From contig CAYFQT010000038.1 in assembly GCA_964345445.1 (NCBI GenBank), positions 30,893 to 94,892 on the forward strand: a stretch of DNA of 64,000 nucleotides, in the 5' to 3' direction. Position numbers and translations under genes: made by a program. Numbering within the stretch: the first letter of the stretch is position 1; every line of letters starts with the position of its first letter. The notes beneath the pieces were generated by a model. The model made no database searches, was not told the origin of the DNA, and saw only the letters and a program-made list of their open reading frames with translations. Shown piece after piece: positions 55,922-64,000 of this stretch. This stretch comes from an uncultured Candidatus Saccharibacteria bacterium (GTDB taxonomy: Bacteria; Patescibacteriota; CPR2_A; CAYFQT01).

Positions 55922-57021
55922 TGATATTGTAATCTCCTTAAAGCCTCTAATTTATCTCTTTGGCCAATTTTAGCTTTTCTTATAGCTTTTTCTAAAACTT
56001 CAATTGACCTGTCATAATTTTTTCTATCTACAGGGTAAGGATAGCCATCTTTTCCGCCATGAGCAAAGGAAAATTTAGCCGGATCTGAAAATGAAGGTTT
56101 GCTTCCATATACTAATTCAGAAATTAAAGATAAAGCTCTGATTGTTTTTGGACCTACACCTGTCATTCCTAGGAGTTTTTCAAAATTTTCTGGTTTTTGC
56201 ATATAGGTTTTAATTAATATCCTTTTTAAATTTTCTGGTCTAATATCCAAAGTTGAAATTGGATGATAAGAAGATAGGGTTAGATTTTGTATTTTCTTTA
56301 AATATTCAACCGTTTTTTCTGGTTTTTGCAAAGATAAGAAGGTGGATGCTTTCCTTGCCTTTTCACTTTCAGAAGCTATCATATTTAAAGTTTTTCCTTT
56401 TTTGTCACAACAAATAGCATATTCCGGTTCAACTACAAAATCATTTACTTCATCAGATAACCAGTGATAACGTCTTGCCCATTTTCCAACTGTTGACATA
56501 TCTTGGTATGAACCATGCGCTTCGCTTAGGTTCATACCTTGTTGAATTGTTGCCCATTTTCCACCTGTAGTAAAAATAAATGTATGATGGTAAAGCTGGT
56601 AGCCATCTTGGAGTGCTGTATTGTCCACCTTGGCTGACATTTTTGAGGCGTAAATAAGCTTGGAAGTGGAAGATATCGCTTGCTTCTCCCCTATTTTTTC
56701 AATTTCATGAGGTGTTTTTCTGGAAGTTTTCCCCTTGCCACCACAGACAAATAATCCCAAATCATTTTGAAATCTTGCAAGTCCTTCTTTTAAAGCACCA
56801 CAAACTGTTGTCGTTAAACCAGATGAATGCCAATCAAAACCCAGAACACAACCAAAAGATTGAAACCAAAAAGGATCAGAAAGTTTCTTTAGCATTTCCT
56901 CTGGACCAAATTCAGATACAATTATATAGCTAATTTCCCTTGATAGCCTAGTCATTCTCTCAAAAAGCCAAGGAGGAGTTGATCCATAATGTAATGGCAA
57001 GTTAACAATTCCTGTTCTCAT
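55918..57021 (-). CDS. conserved hypothetical protein (DUF763-like)
   Basis: 367 aa; stop overlaps the SpoU start; weak recollection of the DUF763 N-terminal pattern. Confidence 0.4.
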   Translation of the reverse strand: MRTGIVNLPLHYGSTPPWLFERMTRLSREISYIIVSEFGPEEMLKKLSDPFWFQSFGCVLGFDWHSSGLTTTVCGALKEGLARFQNDLGLFVCGGKGKTSRKTPHEIEKIGEKQAISSTSKLIYASKMSAKVDNTALQDGYQLYHHTFIFTTGGKWATIQQGMNLSEAHGSYQDMSTVGKWARRYHWLSDEVNDFVVEPEYAICCDKKGKTLNMIASESEKARKASTFLSLQKPEKTVEYLKKIQNLTLSSYHPISTLDIRPENLKRILIKTYMQKPENFEKLLGMTGVGPKTIRALSLISELVYGSKPSFSDPAKFSFAHGGKDGYPYPVDRKNYDRSIEVLEKAIRKAKIGQRDKLEALRRLQYQ

Positions 57022-57134
57022 TTTTCTTCCCCTTCTACCTTTATTTTACCTCAAATTAAAATTTATATAAATATAAACAAAACCTGCCTTTAACTTCTTT
57101 AAGGCAGGTTACCAAAATAGAAAAATTATTTGGC

Positions 57135-57545
57135 TTACTCTTTTTCAGTCTCTTCCTCAGATTTGCTGGCGGAATTCAGAATGCTTTCTATTCTTTCTAC
57201 CACTTCTTCTAAAGAATGTTCTGACTTTATCATATAATCAGCCGCTCCTTCTTCTAGCCCCTTCATTACTTCATCCATCTCTGAGAGATTAGATAGAATT
57301 AAAACTGGGATAGAAGATGTTTGAGATTTTTCTTTTAATTTTTTTAAAACTTCTCGTCCATTTAATTTAGGAAGTAAAATATCCAACAAAATAATATCTG
57401 GTTTTTCAATATCAACCATTTTGATACCTTCCCTCCCATCTAAAGCTATTGCCACATCATATCCTTCTCTTTGTAGTTTATTCTGATAAATCTTATTCAA
57501 AGCAGTATCATCTTCTATTATTAGAATTTTAGATTTATTGTTCAT
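57135..57545 (-). CDS. stand-alone response-regulator receiver (CheY-like)
   Basis: ILIIEDD, phospho-acceptor D in ILLDILLP, 136 aa, no output domain. Confidence 0.8.
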   Translation of the reverse strand: MNNKSKILIIEDDTALNKIYQNKLQREGYDVAIALDGREGIKMVDIEKPDIILLDILLPKLNGREVLKKLKEKSQTSSIPVLILSNLSEMDEVMKGLEEGAADYMIKSEHSLEEVVERIESILNSASKSEEETEKE

Positions 57546-57665
57546 TTTAACCTCCTGAGGTCTCTGTTATCCATTCATTACAGAGGCCGAGGCCCTATCG
57601 GAACCGGAGGTGGATGATAGGGCATTATTATTTTATTACTTAATAATAAGTGTTTGATGGGACTT
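57546..57665 (-). ncRNA. conserved two-hairpin 5' leader, copy L1
   Basis: More than 85% identical to L2 at 59878-60003. Hairpin 1 is GCCCTATC..(16-nt loop)..GATAGGGC, hairpin 2 is GGCCTCTGT..ACAGAGACC, then GGAGG SD. The hairpin-1 loop CCACCTCC is complementary to the SD. Confidence 0.55.
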
Positions 57666-57712
57666 TTTAGCTAATCTTATTTTACTACATTATTGGCAAA
57701 TATGGAACATTT

Positions 57713-59320
57713 TTAAAACCCAGTTAATTTCACATGAGCAATATTATCACAGTGATCGCCGATTCTTTCTAAATTGCGAGTTACATCTATAAAAATTATT
57801 CCTGCTTGGGGATGACAAATTCTTGCTTTTAATCTTTTTAGGTGATGATTTCGTAATTTTCTTTCCAATTGATCAACTTTTCCTTCTTGATCTAATATGT
57901 AAGTAGCTAGTTTAATATTTTTTCTTTTAAGAATTTTAACTACATTGCTATACATTTTTTTCACTTCATCAAACATTTCTATGAGCTCTTTTTGAGCTTT
58001 GTCAGAAAAAGGAACTTTTTTTTCTATTTTTACCTTTCCTAATTCAGCAATATTATTTCCATGATCAGCTATTCTTTCAATATCAGAAATAGAGTGCATC
58101 AGCCCAGCTAGTTTTTGGGATTCTTTTTTAGTTAGAGGTTTTTCGGAGAGTTTAATTAAATAATTTCTAATTTTTCTATATAAATCATCTATTGCTTCTT
58201 CTTGTCTGATTGCTGGTTGAAAAAAAGTAATATCATCTGACATTAATACTTTATAACTATTTGAAAGCAATTGAGAAGCCATATGTGCCATTCTATGAGT
58301 TTCTTTAGTTGCTTGGGATAGAGCCAGTGAGGGAAGATTTAAAACTCTTTTGTCTAGATATTTTACGCCCCTATCAATTTTTATTTCTTTACCAGGGATT
58401 ATTTTTTCTACTATTTTAACTAAAATTGGTATAAAGGGTAATAAGATTAGAGTAGTTGTTATATTGAACACAGTATGAGCATTAGCTATTTGTCTAGCTA
58501 AACCAGCTGAGGTTTTTAACATAATTTGGGTAAAAATTGGTAAAAAAAGAAAAAAGATTATCACTCCTATAATATTGAATAAAAGATGAACAATTGCTGC
58601 TCGCCTAGCTTGTAGATAGGAGCCAATTGAGGCTAAGATTACTGTTATACAAGTACCGATATTAGCTCCTAGGATTAGAGAAATTGCTGCTTTTAAATCT
58701 ATAATATTTGCCATCCCCATAGCAATAACTAAACCAGAGGTAGCGCTTGAGCTTTGGATAATTCCAGTAAATAAAGCTCCTGCTAATATTCCTAAAATTG
58801 GTATTTGACTAAAGTTAGTTAGAAGATTGGTAAAAAATGGTGCACCTCTTAAGGGTTTTATGCCACTGGTCATAAAATTCATTCCTACAAATAAAATACC
58901 CAACCCCAAAAGCATTTCCCCAATATATTTATTAGTTCTTTTTTTACTCAGGAAGAATAGGAGAAAACCTATAACTAAAATAAGTAAAGCATAATAATTA
59001 ATTTTAAAGGCAACAAGTTGGGCAGTAATTGTTGTTCCAATATTAGCCCCCATTATTACTCCTATAGCTTGTTGAAGGTTGACTAAACCAGCATTTAAAA
59101 ATCCTAAAAGTATTACTGTTGTCGCACTTGAGCTTTGAATGATGGCAGTAATAACAGCCCCTATTGAAACTCCTACAAAAGGATTATTAGTTATTTTTTC
59201 TAGTGTTTTTCTGATTTTATCGCTAGCTATTTTCTGCAGTCCTCCACCCATCAAGATCATGCCATATATAAAAAGAGCTAATCCTCCCCCTACTTCAAAA
59301 ATTATTTCTTTTACTGGCAT
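57713..59320 (-). CDS. Na+/phosphate cotransporter (NptA family) fused to PhoU-like domains
   Basis: N-terminal Na/Pi-cotransporter repeats (QSSSATT x2) plus two C-terminal PhoU-like helical repeats. Confidence 0.85.
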   Translation of the reverse strand: MPVKEIIFEVGGGLALFIYGMILMGGGLQKIASDKIRKTLEKITNNPFVGVSIGAVITAIIQSSSATTVILLGFLNAGLVNLQQAIGVIMGANIGTTITAQLVAFKINYYALLILVIGFLLFFLSKKRTNKYIGEMLLGLGILFVGMNFMTSGIKPLRGAPFFTNLLTNFSQIPILGILAGALFTGIIQSSSATSGLVIAMGMANIIDLKAAISLILGANIGTCITVILASIGSYLQARRAAIVHLLFNIIGVIIFFLFLPIFTQIMLKTSAGLARQIANAHTVFNITTTLILLPFIPILVKIVEKIIPGKEIKIDRGVKYLDKRVLNLPSLALSQATKETHRMAHMASQLLSNSYKVLMSDDITFFQPAIRQEEAIDDLYRKIRNYLIKLSEKPLTKKESQKLAGLMHSISDIERIADHGNNIAELGKVKIEKKVPFSDKAQKELIEMFDEVKKMYSNVVKILKRKNIKLATYILDQEGKVDQLERKLRNHHLKRLKARICHPQAGIIFIDVTRNLERIGDHCDNIAHVKLTGF

Positions 59321-59589
59321 ATAATGTGCCTCCTTCGTCGGCAGGTATCAAATGTATCAAGAGTATCAAAGGTTTAAAAACCTCTGATACCTGTGATACC
59401 CATGACACTTGTGAGACTTATAAAAATGATACCTTTTTTGACACCTATTAAATAAAATAAAAGGCTGTTGGCTAAAAGCTACAGCCTTTAATTAAAATAA
59501 AGATGTTTTTTTCTATACAACAGATGAATATCAAAAACCATTATTTGAACATATTCTTGGATATTATTTATTGTTTATTATTTTTTCCT

Positions 59590-59877
59590 TCATTCCACCA
59601 CTTTATAAACTATATCATGTTCTCGAGCATGTTCTTTGACTTTCAAACCGATAGCATCACCTTTTTTAGCCTCTTTGACATCTTCATGCTCAATCTGCAT
59701 TGATTCTACTTTTTGAGTAAAGTCAGAAGTAGCTCCTTTAATATGGACATTATCTCCTACTTTTAAAGTATCAGAAAGTTCAACAATAGCTACTCCTATT
59801 TTATTAAAATAGTGGGTTACTTTACCGACTTCTTTCTCTTCCTTTTCTTTTTTTTCTTCTTTTTTTTCTTCAGCCAT
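59590..59877 (-). CDS. small EF-Tu-domain-2-like beta-barrel protein with Lys/Glu-rich N-terminus
   Basis: 95 aa; G.V.....L...L.VGD...I.G.......V.S.Q......V..A..GD.IG pattern. Confidence 0.4.
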   Translation of the reverse strand: MAEEKKEEKKEKEEKEVGKVTHYFNKIGVAIVELSDTLKVGDNVHIKGATSDFTQKVESMQIEHEDVKEAKKGDAIGLKVKEHAREHDIVYKVVE

Positions 59878-60003
59878 TTTTTAACCTCCCGAGGTCTCTG
59901 TTTACCCATTCATTACAGAGACCGAGGCCCTATCGAAACTGGAAGTGAATGATAGGGCATTATTATTTGTTATTATTATCCTTAATAATTAGTGGATGAT
60001 GGG
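59878..60003 (-). ncRNA. conserved two-hairpin 5' leader, copy L2
   Basis: Same architecture as L1: GCCCTATC/GATAGGGC and GGTCTCTGT/ACAGAGACC stems; loop CACTTCC pairs with the SD GGGAGGT. Confidence 0.55.
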
Positions 60004-60090
60004 ATATTATTAATTTTAATTGTTTGTTACTTAATTTATATAATCCCTATAGCAACATTCAGTAACTATTTGTAACATCTAGTAAATTTT

Positions 60091-60462
60091 TTATCCTAAT
60101 ATTTCTTTTATTCTTTTTAATATTTGAGGAATAGTGGATTCGGATTTAACAAAAAAGTCTTCAATTTCATAACTTTGGCATTTTTCTTTGGTTTCTCTAT
60201 CACTTAAAACAGTAAGAATAACTATAGGAATAGATTCTGTTTTTGGTGTTTTTTTTAAAATGTCTAATACACTAAGTCCGTCAATTTCTGGAAGCATTAT
60301 ATCTAATAGAATTAGATCTGGTTTTTCGTCTACTGCTTTGGCTAAGGCTTCTTGACCATTTGAAGCTTGAATTACTTTATACCCTTCATTTTTTAAATTT
60401 AGCGCATATAGTTCTTGCAATGGTTTGTCATCTTCTACTAATAATATTTTTTTTTCTATCAT
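60091..60462 (-). CDS. stand-alone response-regulator receiver (CheY-like)
   Basis: ILLVEDD, LILLDIMLP, 123 aa. Confidence 0.8.
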   Translation of the reverse strand: MIEKKILLVEDDKPLQELYALNLKNEGYKVIQASNGQEALAKAVDEKPDLILLDIMLPEIDGLSVLDILKKTPKTESIPIVILTVLSDRETKEKCQSYEIEDFFVKSESTIPQILKRIKEILG

Positions 60463-60779
60463 TTAAATCTCCAGAGAAATAGATAATAATTACTAATTAA
60501 ATTTTACCATTCTAATTGAATAATTACAATAAAAAATATAATAATAGATTATTTAATTATAATTCATTTAATTTTTCTAAAACAGGCAAAGAGATATCAA
60601 TTAGGTCTTTAGTGTCGCTTCTGTTTAATTCTGCTAAGCTACCTTTTGGTTTACAAAGAAATAAAAGTTCTATTATAGCTCTATAAAGTTCTGGAGTTAT
60701 GATTTTGTTGTCTTTTAATTCCTCAGCTATATTTATTGGATCTCTTTCTTTAGATTGAGGTAATTTTTTATTTTGTATT

Positions 60780-61136
60780 TCACCTAATCTTTGGGTAATT
60801 TTTTTTTCTTATTATTCCCACAGTCAAACAAACATCTCCTTTAGTTTGTTTTTTAAGCTCTTCTTTTTGAGCTTCTGCCTTTTTTTCGTCTTTTATTTTC
60901 ATTTTTTCTACCGAGTCTTTTGCCTTTTTCAAACTTCTTTTAAATTCAAATAAATAACTAATTTTCCCACTTTGTAAACTGGGCAAAATGGAAATGAAAA
61001 ACAAAAGAACGATTAAAAATAAAGAATATTTATCCAAGTTGATTGTATCAGGATAAAATAGATTTAAAATTAAAATTGCTAAAATTAATAATGTATAAAA
61101 ATAAATAAATCTAATTTTTTTCAAAAAACTAATCAT
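60780..61136 (-). CDS. hypothetical 2-TM membrane protein; reading frame possibly continues to 60557 after a -1 shift at an A9 tract
   Basis: 118-aa ORF ends 25 nt after an A9 homopolymer (60799-60807 on plus as T9). The -1 frame stays open for about 83 more codons. Confidence 0.4.
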   Translation of the reverse strand: MISFLKKIRFIYFYTLLILAILILNLFYPDTINLDKYSLFLIVLLFFISILPSLQSGKISYLFEFKRSLKKAKDSVEKMKIKDEKKAEAQKEELKKQTKGDVCLTVGIIRKKNYPKIR

Positions 61137-61188
61137 AATTTCCCCTATTAAATTTTGATTTTTTAACTTTGAATTTTAAACTTTTATA

Positions 61189-62883
61189 TTACCATCCACT
61201 TCCTCCTCCTCCACCAAATCCGCCGCCGGAGAATCCGCCTCCTCCAAATCCACTTCCTCCAGAAGGTGCAGATCTAAAAGTACTTCCTATACCTTTGGAC
61301 ATACCATTTAGAGAGCTAGCAAAACGACTGGCTGAAAAAGCACCAACATAACTTCCTGAATACCAATCAGGAGGAGTTTTGTAGATATCTTTAAATTTTC
61401 CAGCCCAAATCTCAGCCACACCAAAAACCATTGCATAGGGCAGAAGTTTTTCAAATATCTTTTCTTTTTCGGCAAATTCCATTCTATATCTTTCAGCAGT
61501 TTTAATATATTCTTTCAAACCCAAGGCATGTTCATATGCCAAAGTTCCTGCTTTAGTCCGTCTGGGCATAAAGAAAGAAAAAATAATAATTATCAAAGCA
61601 GAAATCCACATAGATATCACAGCAGTAAAACTGAAAATATTCGCTATAAAAAATATAAAGACAAAGCCCAAAATACCAAAAGCTATACCTACTCCTAAAT
61701 AAATACCTCTTATTTTATCAGGACTAATTTTAAAATAGTTAAGTAATACTACCTCTTGATAAAGATATTTTTTAATTTTGGGCAAGTGAGTATAAAATTT
61801 TTCTTTCAAATCAGAAAGTTTACTTTCATCTTTAGAATAGCCAAAAACCCCTCTTAAAATTTCTTTTTCATGTTCTTTTAAAGATTTATCATCCTTAAAT
61901 TCTTTATTTTTAATAAATTTATAGTCTTTGCCTTTAAAAATTAATCCCTTGCCTTCAATCTCCTCAATTTTTAAATATCCTCTCACTGCTAAATCAATTA
62001 CTGTCGCTGAAATATCTTTCATATCTGCTCTTTGATCAATTAGAATCCCTAACTCCCCGGCTGTTATATTGTCTGGAGGTTCATATTGGGCAATAATGGT
62101 TTTTCTCCCCTCAGGTTCTCTGCCTCTGGTCCACCAGAGATAAAACAAAACAAAAAATACTAAAAAGGGAATAGCCACAGCCCAGTTATCTTGAGAAAAC
62201 CAGAAGATTTGTTGAGATGTAGAAGGTTTTTGGACAATTTCTTTTGGCCAGCCGGCAACAATTGTCAAATATACCGTTGATTGATAATCTATTTGTCCAT
62301 CTTTGATTTCATAGGTTAAATCTTGGCTTTTTGAACCATATTCTCCTGTATATCCTTCTGCTTGCAATTTGTCTTTGGGAATATTTTCCGGAAAATAAAC
62401 AGTAGCTGAGCAATTTTCAATAGGCATATCCAATTGAGTTCCTGTAACATTCCAATATAATTCATCATGATCAGAAAAATAATTTATAGCTCTTTGTACT
62501 TTATAGGTGATTACATAAGTATTAAGTCCAGAAATTGTCACATCTGGATCACCTATTTTGATTTTTATATTTCTTCCAGACCTGGAAGTCTCATATTTCC
62601 ATTCTTTTCCATTCTCGTCAGTTATGGAAATTAATTCAAATTTCAATTTTAAATTATTTCCATATTTATCTTTGTATTTAAGGGGGATTTCCCGGTTTAT
62701 TCCGTGCTTGCCATGTGGAACATCAACTTCTATTTTTTCTTTGATATCAATTGAAGCATCTTTATTTATAGTAATATCAGAATGAAAATTCTCAATTACA
62801 AACTCTGACTGCGCCCAAGCAAAAATATAGAGAACAAAAACTAATATTACTGTTCCAAAAATTAATCCAATTTTCTTTTTCAT
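61189..62883 (-). CDS. DUF2207-family membrane protein with C-terminal Gly-rich tail
   Basis: Signal/TM, about 230-aa extracytoplasmic domain, 3-4 TM helices, tail GSGFGGGGFSGGGFGGGGGSGW. Confidence 0.7.
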   Translation of the reverse strand: MKKKIGLIFGTVILVFVLYIFAWAQSEFVIENFHSDITINKDASIDIKEKIEVDVPHGKHGINREIPLKYKDKYGNNLKLKFELISITDENGKEWKYETSRSGRNIKIKIGDPDVTISGLNTYVITYKVQRAINYFSDHDELYWNVTGTQLDMPIENCSATVYFPENIPKDKLQAEGYTGEYGSKSQDLTYEIKDGQIDYQSTVYLTIVAGWPKEIVQKPSTSQQIFWFSQDNWAVAIPFLVFFVLFYLWWTRGREPEGRKTIIAQYEPPDNITAGELGILIDQRADMKDISATVIDLAVRGYLKIEEIEGKGLIFKGKDYKFIKNKEFKDDKSLKEHEKEILRGVFGYSKDESKLSDLKEKFYTHLPKIKKYLYQEVVLLNYFKISPDKIRGIYLGVGIAFGILGFVFIFFIANIFSFTAVISMWISALIIIIFSFFMPRRTKAGTLAYEHALGLKEYIKTAERYRMEFAEKEKIFEKLLPYAMVFGVAEIWAGKFKDIYKTPPDWYSGSYVGAFSASRFASSLNGMSKGIGSTFRSAPSGGSGFGGGGFSGGGFGGGGGSGW

Positions 62884-62918
62884 AAAAACCCACTCATTTT
62901 TAAATAAATCTATTTACC

Positions 62919-62932
62919 TATTCGCGCGAATA
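62919..62932. promoter_or_regulatory. 14-bp perfect palindrome TATTCGCGCGAATA (candidate operator)
   Basis: Lies between the ArsR gene and the DUF2207 gene start. A second copy (ATTCGCGCGAAT) sits at 63294-63305 upstream of the ArsR gene. Confidence 0.5.
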
Positions 62933-62962
62933 AGTCTATAGAATATCTTTATAAATTAATAA

Positions 62963-63226
62963 TTAAATCATGCTCATAATTTTATATTCGGGACTGTTTT
63001 TCTTAAGATCGGATAAATAATATAGAACTTTGTTAGAAACTTGTCTATGAGAAATCAGCCCTAAAGCATCTAATCGTTGCAGGTGTTTAGAAGTACTTTT
63101 AAAAGAAAGATTAATTCTATTGCTGATTTCTCCCACAGTCATTTCCCTTTCTGCCCTAAGAATTTTAATAATTTTTAATCTTCTTTCATTCCCTAACACT
63201 TTAAATAAATTAGTTAATTTTTTCAT
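62963..63226 (-). CDS. ArsR/SmtB-family winged-HTH transcriptional regulator
   Basis: LFKVLGNERRLKIIKIL...MTVGEIS...LSFKSTSKHLQRLDALGLI matches HTH_20. Confidence 0.75.
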   Translation of the reverse strand: MKKLTNLFKVLGNERRLKIIKILRAEREMTVGEISNRINLSFKSTSKHLQRLDALGLISHRQVSNKVLYYLSDLKKNSPEYKIMSMI

Positions 63227-63292
63227 AATTTATCCTTTTTTCTATTTTTCTATATTCCCAGCACAGAATATCACAATTTATAACTATTCGCA

Positions 63293-63306
63293 AATTCGCG
63301 CGAATA
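63293..63306. promoter_or_regulatory. second copy of the TTCGCGCGAA palindrome
   Basis: AATTCGCGCGAATA preceded by a partial half-site TATTCGC; in the ArsR promoter region. Confidence 0.5.
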
Positions 63307-63405
63307 CGTCCAAGGGATTTTAGAAGAAATATCTCTTTTTATTATTTTCTTTCTTCTTTCTTAGAAAAAATAAAAATATAAATAATTTCTAAAATTCCTA
63401 AAGTG

Positions 63406-63561
63406 TTAAAGATAAGAAGAATAATATACCAAACTACAAGCCGCTTTCCACAAGGCTATTCCCTTCCAGACCAGAGACCAAAAAGTTGCTATGATTATAA
63501 AAGCAACAAAAAATGGATTTTTAAAAATTGGATATGTATTTATAAAAATCTCTATATCCAT
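63406..63561 (-). CDS. possible 51-aa small membrane protein (MDIEIFINTYPIF...)
   Basis: ATG-initiated ORF below the 60-aa track cutoff with one clear TM helix. Competes with the plus-strand ORF 63403..63585, which looks non-protein-like. Confidence 0.25.
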   Translation of the reverse strand: MDIEIFINTYPIFKNPFFVAFIIIATFWSLVWKGIALWKAACSLVYYSSYL

Positions 63562-63649
63562 TTTATTTTCCTTAGATTAAATTAGCAATTTTATTTTCTG
63601 TATAAATTATACCCTAAAATTATTTATATACAAAATAGTTGTTTTTTGT

Positions 63650-63694
63650 TTTAAAAAAACAACAACACCCGGTGTTGTGTCAACACCGGGTGTT
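63650..63694 (-). terminator. Rho-independent terminator for the TPR gene
   Basis: ACACCCGGTGTTG-ACA-CAACACCGGGTGT followed (minus strand) by TTGTTGTTTTTTT. Confidence 0.6.
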
Positions 63695-63746
63695 TATTTA
63701 AACTAATTCCTTATTCCTTATAACTTATCCCTAATAACTAATAACT

Positions 63747-64000
63747 TTACTCTTCTCCTACTTTCTCCCCCCCTATTTCTTGTTCTTCCACAGGTGGTCT
63801 TCCTTCTAAAAATTCCTCTTCTTCGGCTTCTATAGCAATTCCTTTTTCTAATTTATCAATTTCCTCCAGTTGTTTTTTAGCGTCTTCATTTTCTGGTTGT
63901 AAGGCAAGCACTTTATCAAAATATTTCTTGGATTTTGAATAATCTTTTTTTGCTCTATAAACTAACCCTAGATTGAATTGAGGATCAGCAAGATCATCTT
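63747..64000 (-). CDS. C-terminal part of a TPR-repeat protein (continues beyond window)
   Basis: Minus-strand frame open to the window edge: ...DDLADPQFNLGLVYRAKKDYSKSKKYFDKVLALQPENEDAKKQLEEIDKL...EE*; TPR-like helices. Confidence 0.55.
   Translation of the reverse strand, partial: DDLADPQFNLGLVYRAKKDYSKSKKYFDKVLALQPENEDAKKQLEEIDKLEKGIAIEAEEEEFLEGRPPVEEQEIGGEKVGEE

Noticed and set aside
61169-61351. Proline-rich 60-aa plus-strand ORF (PPPPPNPPPENPPPP)
   Set aside because: It is the antisense reading of the Gly-rich (GGC/GGA) tail of the DUF2207 gene.
63403-63585. 60-aa plus-strand ORF
   Set aside because: Its composition is not protein-like, with Cys/Tyr/Lys-rich segments and no TM helix or SD. 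The overlapping minus-strand 51-aa TM peptide is a somewhat better, though still weak, candidate.

Overview
The window is low-GC (about 30% GC), gene-dense bacterial DNA with small genes and long AT-rich leaders, consistent with a reduced-genome (CPR/Patescibacteria-like) organism.

The plus-strand half carries core genes. These are dnaX, dnaB, a GtrA–GT2–GT39–GT2 glycosylation cassette, ybaB–recR, corA, cysS, a GIY-YIG gene followed by tRNA-Gln, a CopB-type P1B ATPase, gdh, a GlmU-N-like nucleotidyltransferase, recO and glyQS. They are followed by a complete dcw cluster: mraZ–rsmH–ftsL–ftsI–murF–mraY–murD–ftsW–murG–murC–murB–ftsQ–sbp.

The last third is almost entirely minus-strand. It holds a sigma70-region-4/HARE-HTH protein upstream of a 950-aa membrane-anchored coupling-protein-like (TraD/TraG/VirD4-type) P-loop ATPase, plus an acidic protein. 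It also carries RtcB–archease, a bactofilin-like beta-helix operon, an orphan PIN, a NAD(P)HX dehydratase, trxB, a SpoU methyltransferase, a DUF763-like protein, two REC-only response regulators flanking a Na/Pi-cotransporter–PhoU fusion, a DUF2207 protein and an ArsR regulator.

Several non-coding elements recur in two or three copies. One is a 57-nt promoter/leader module with three copies. A second is a roughly 110-nt two-hairpin leader whose 5' hairpin loop is complementary to its own Shine-Dalgarno (two copies). A third is a TATAATCGCTCAGGG element enclosing a variable core (two copies plus a fragment).

Other non-coding features are a duplicated 5' half of tRNA-Gln bracketing the GIY-YIG gene, an MraZ-box array on a consensus promoter, palindromic operators flanking the ArsR gene, and several GC-rich structured intergenic regions.

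The most likely novel system is the coupling-protein-like ATPase locus at 38.7–43.7 kb. A truncated paralog with the same ATPase-then-acidic-protein layout sits at 1–1013.

Coordinates of features I called myself, rather than took from the ORF track, may be off by 1–2 nt.
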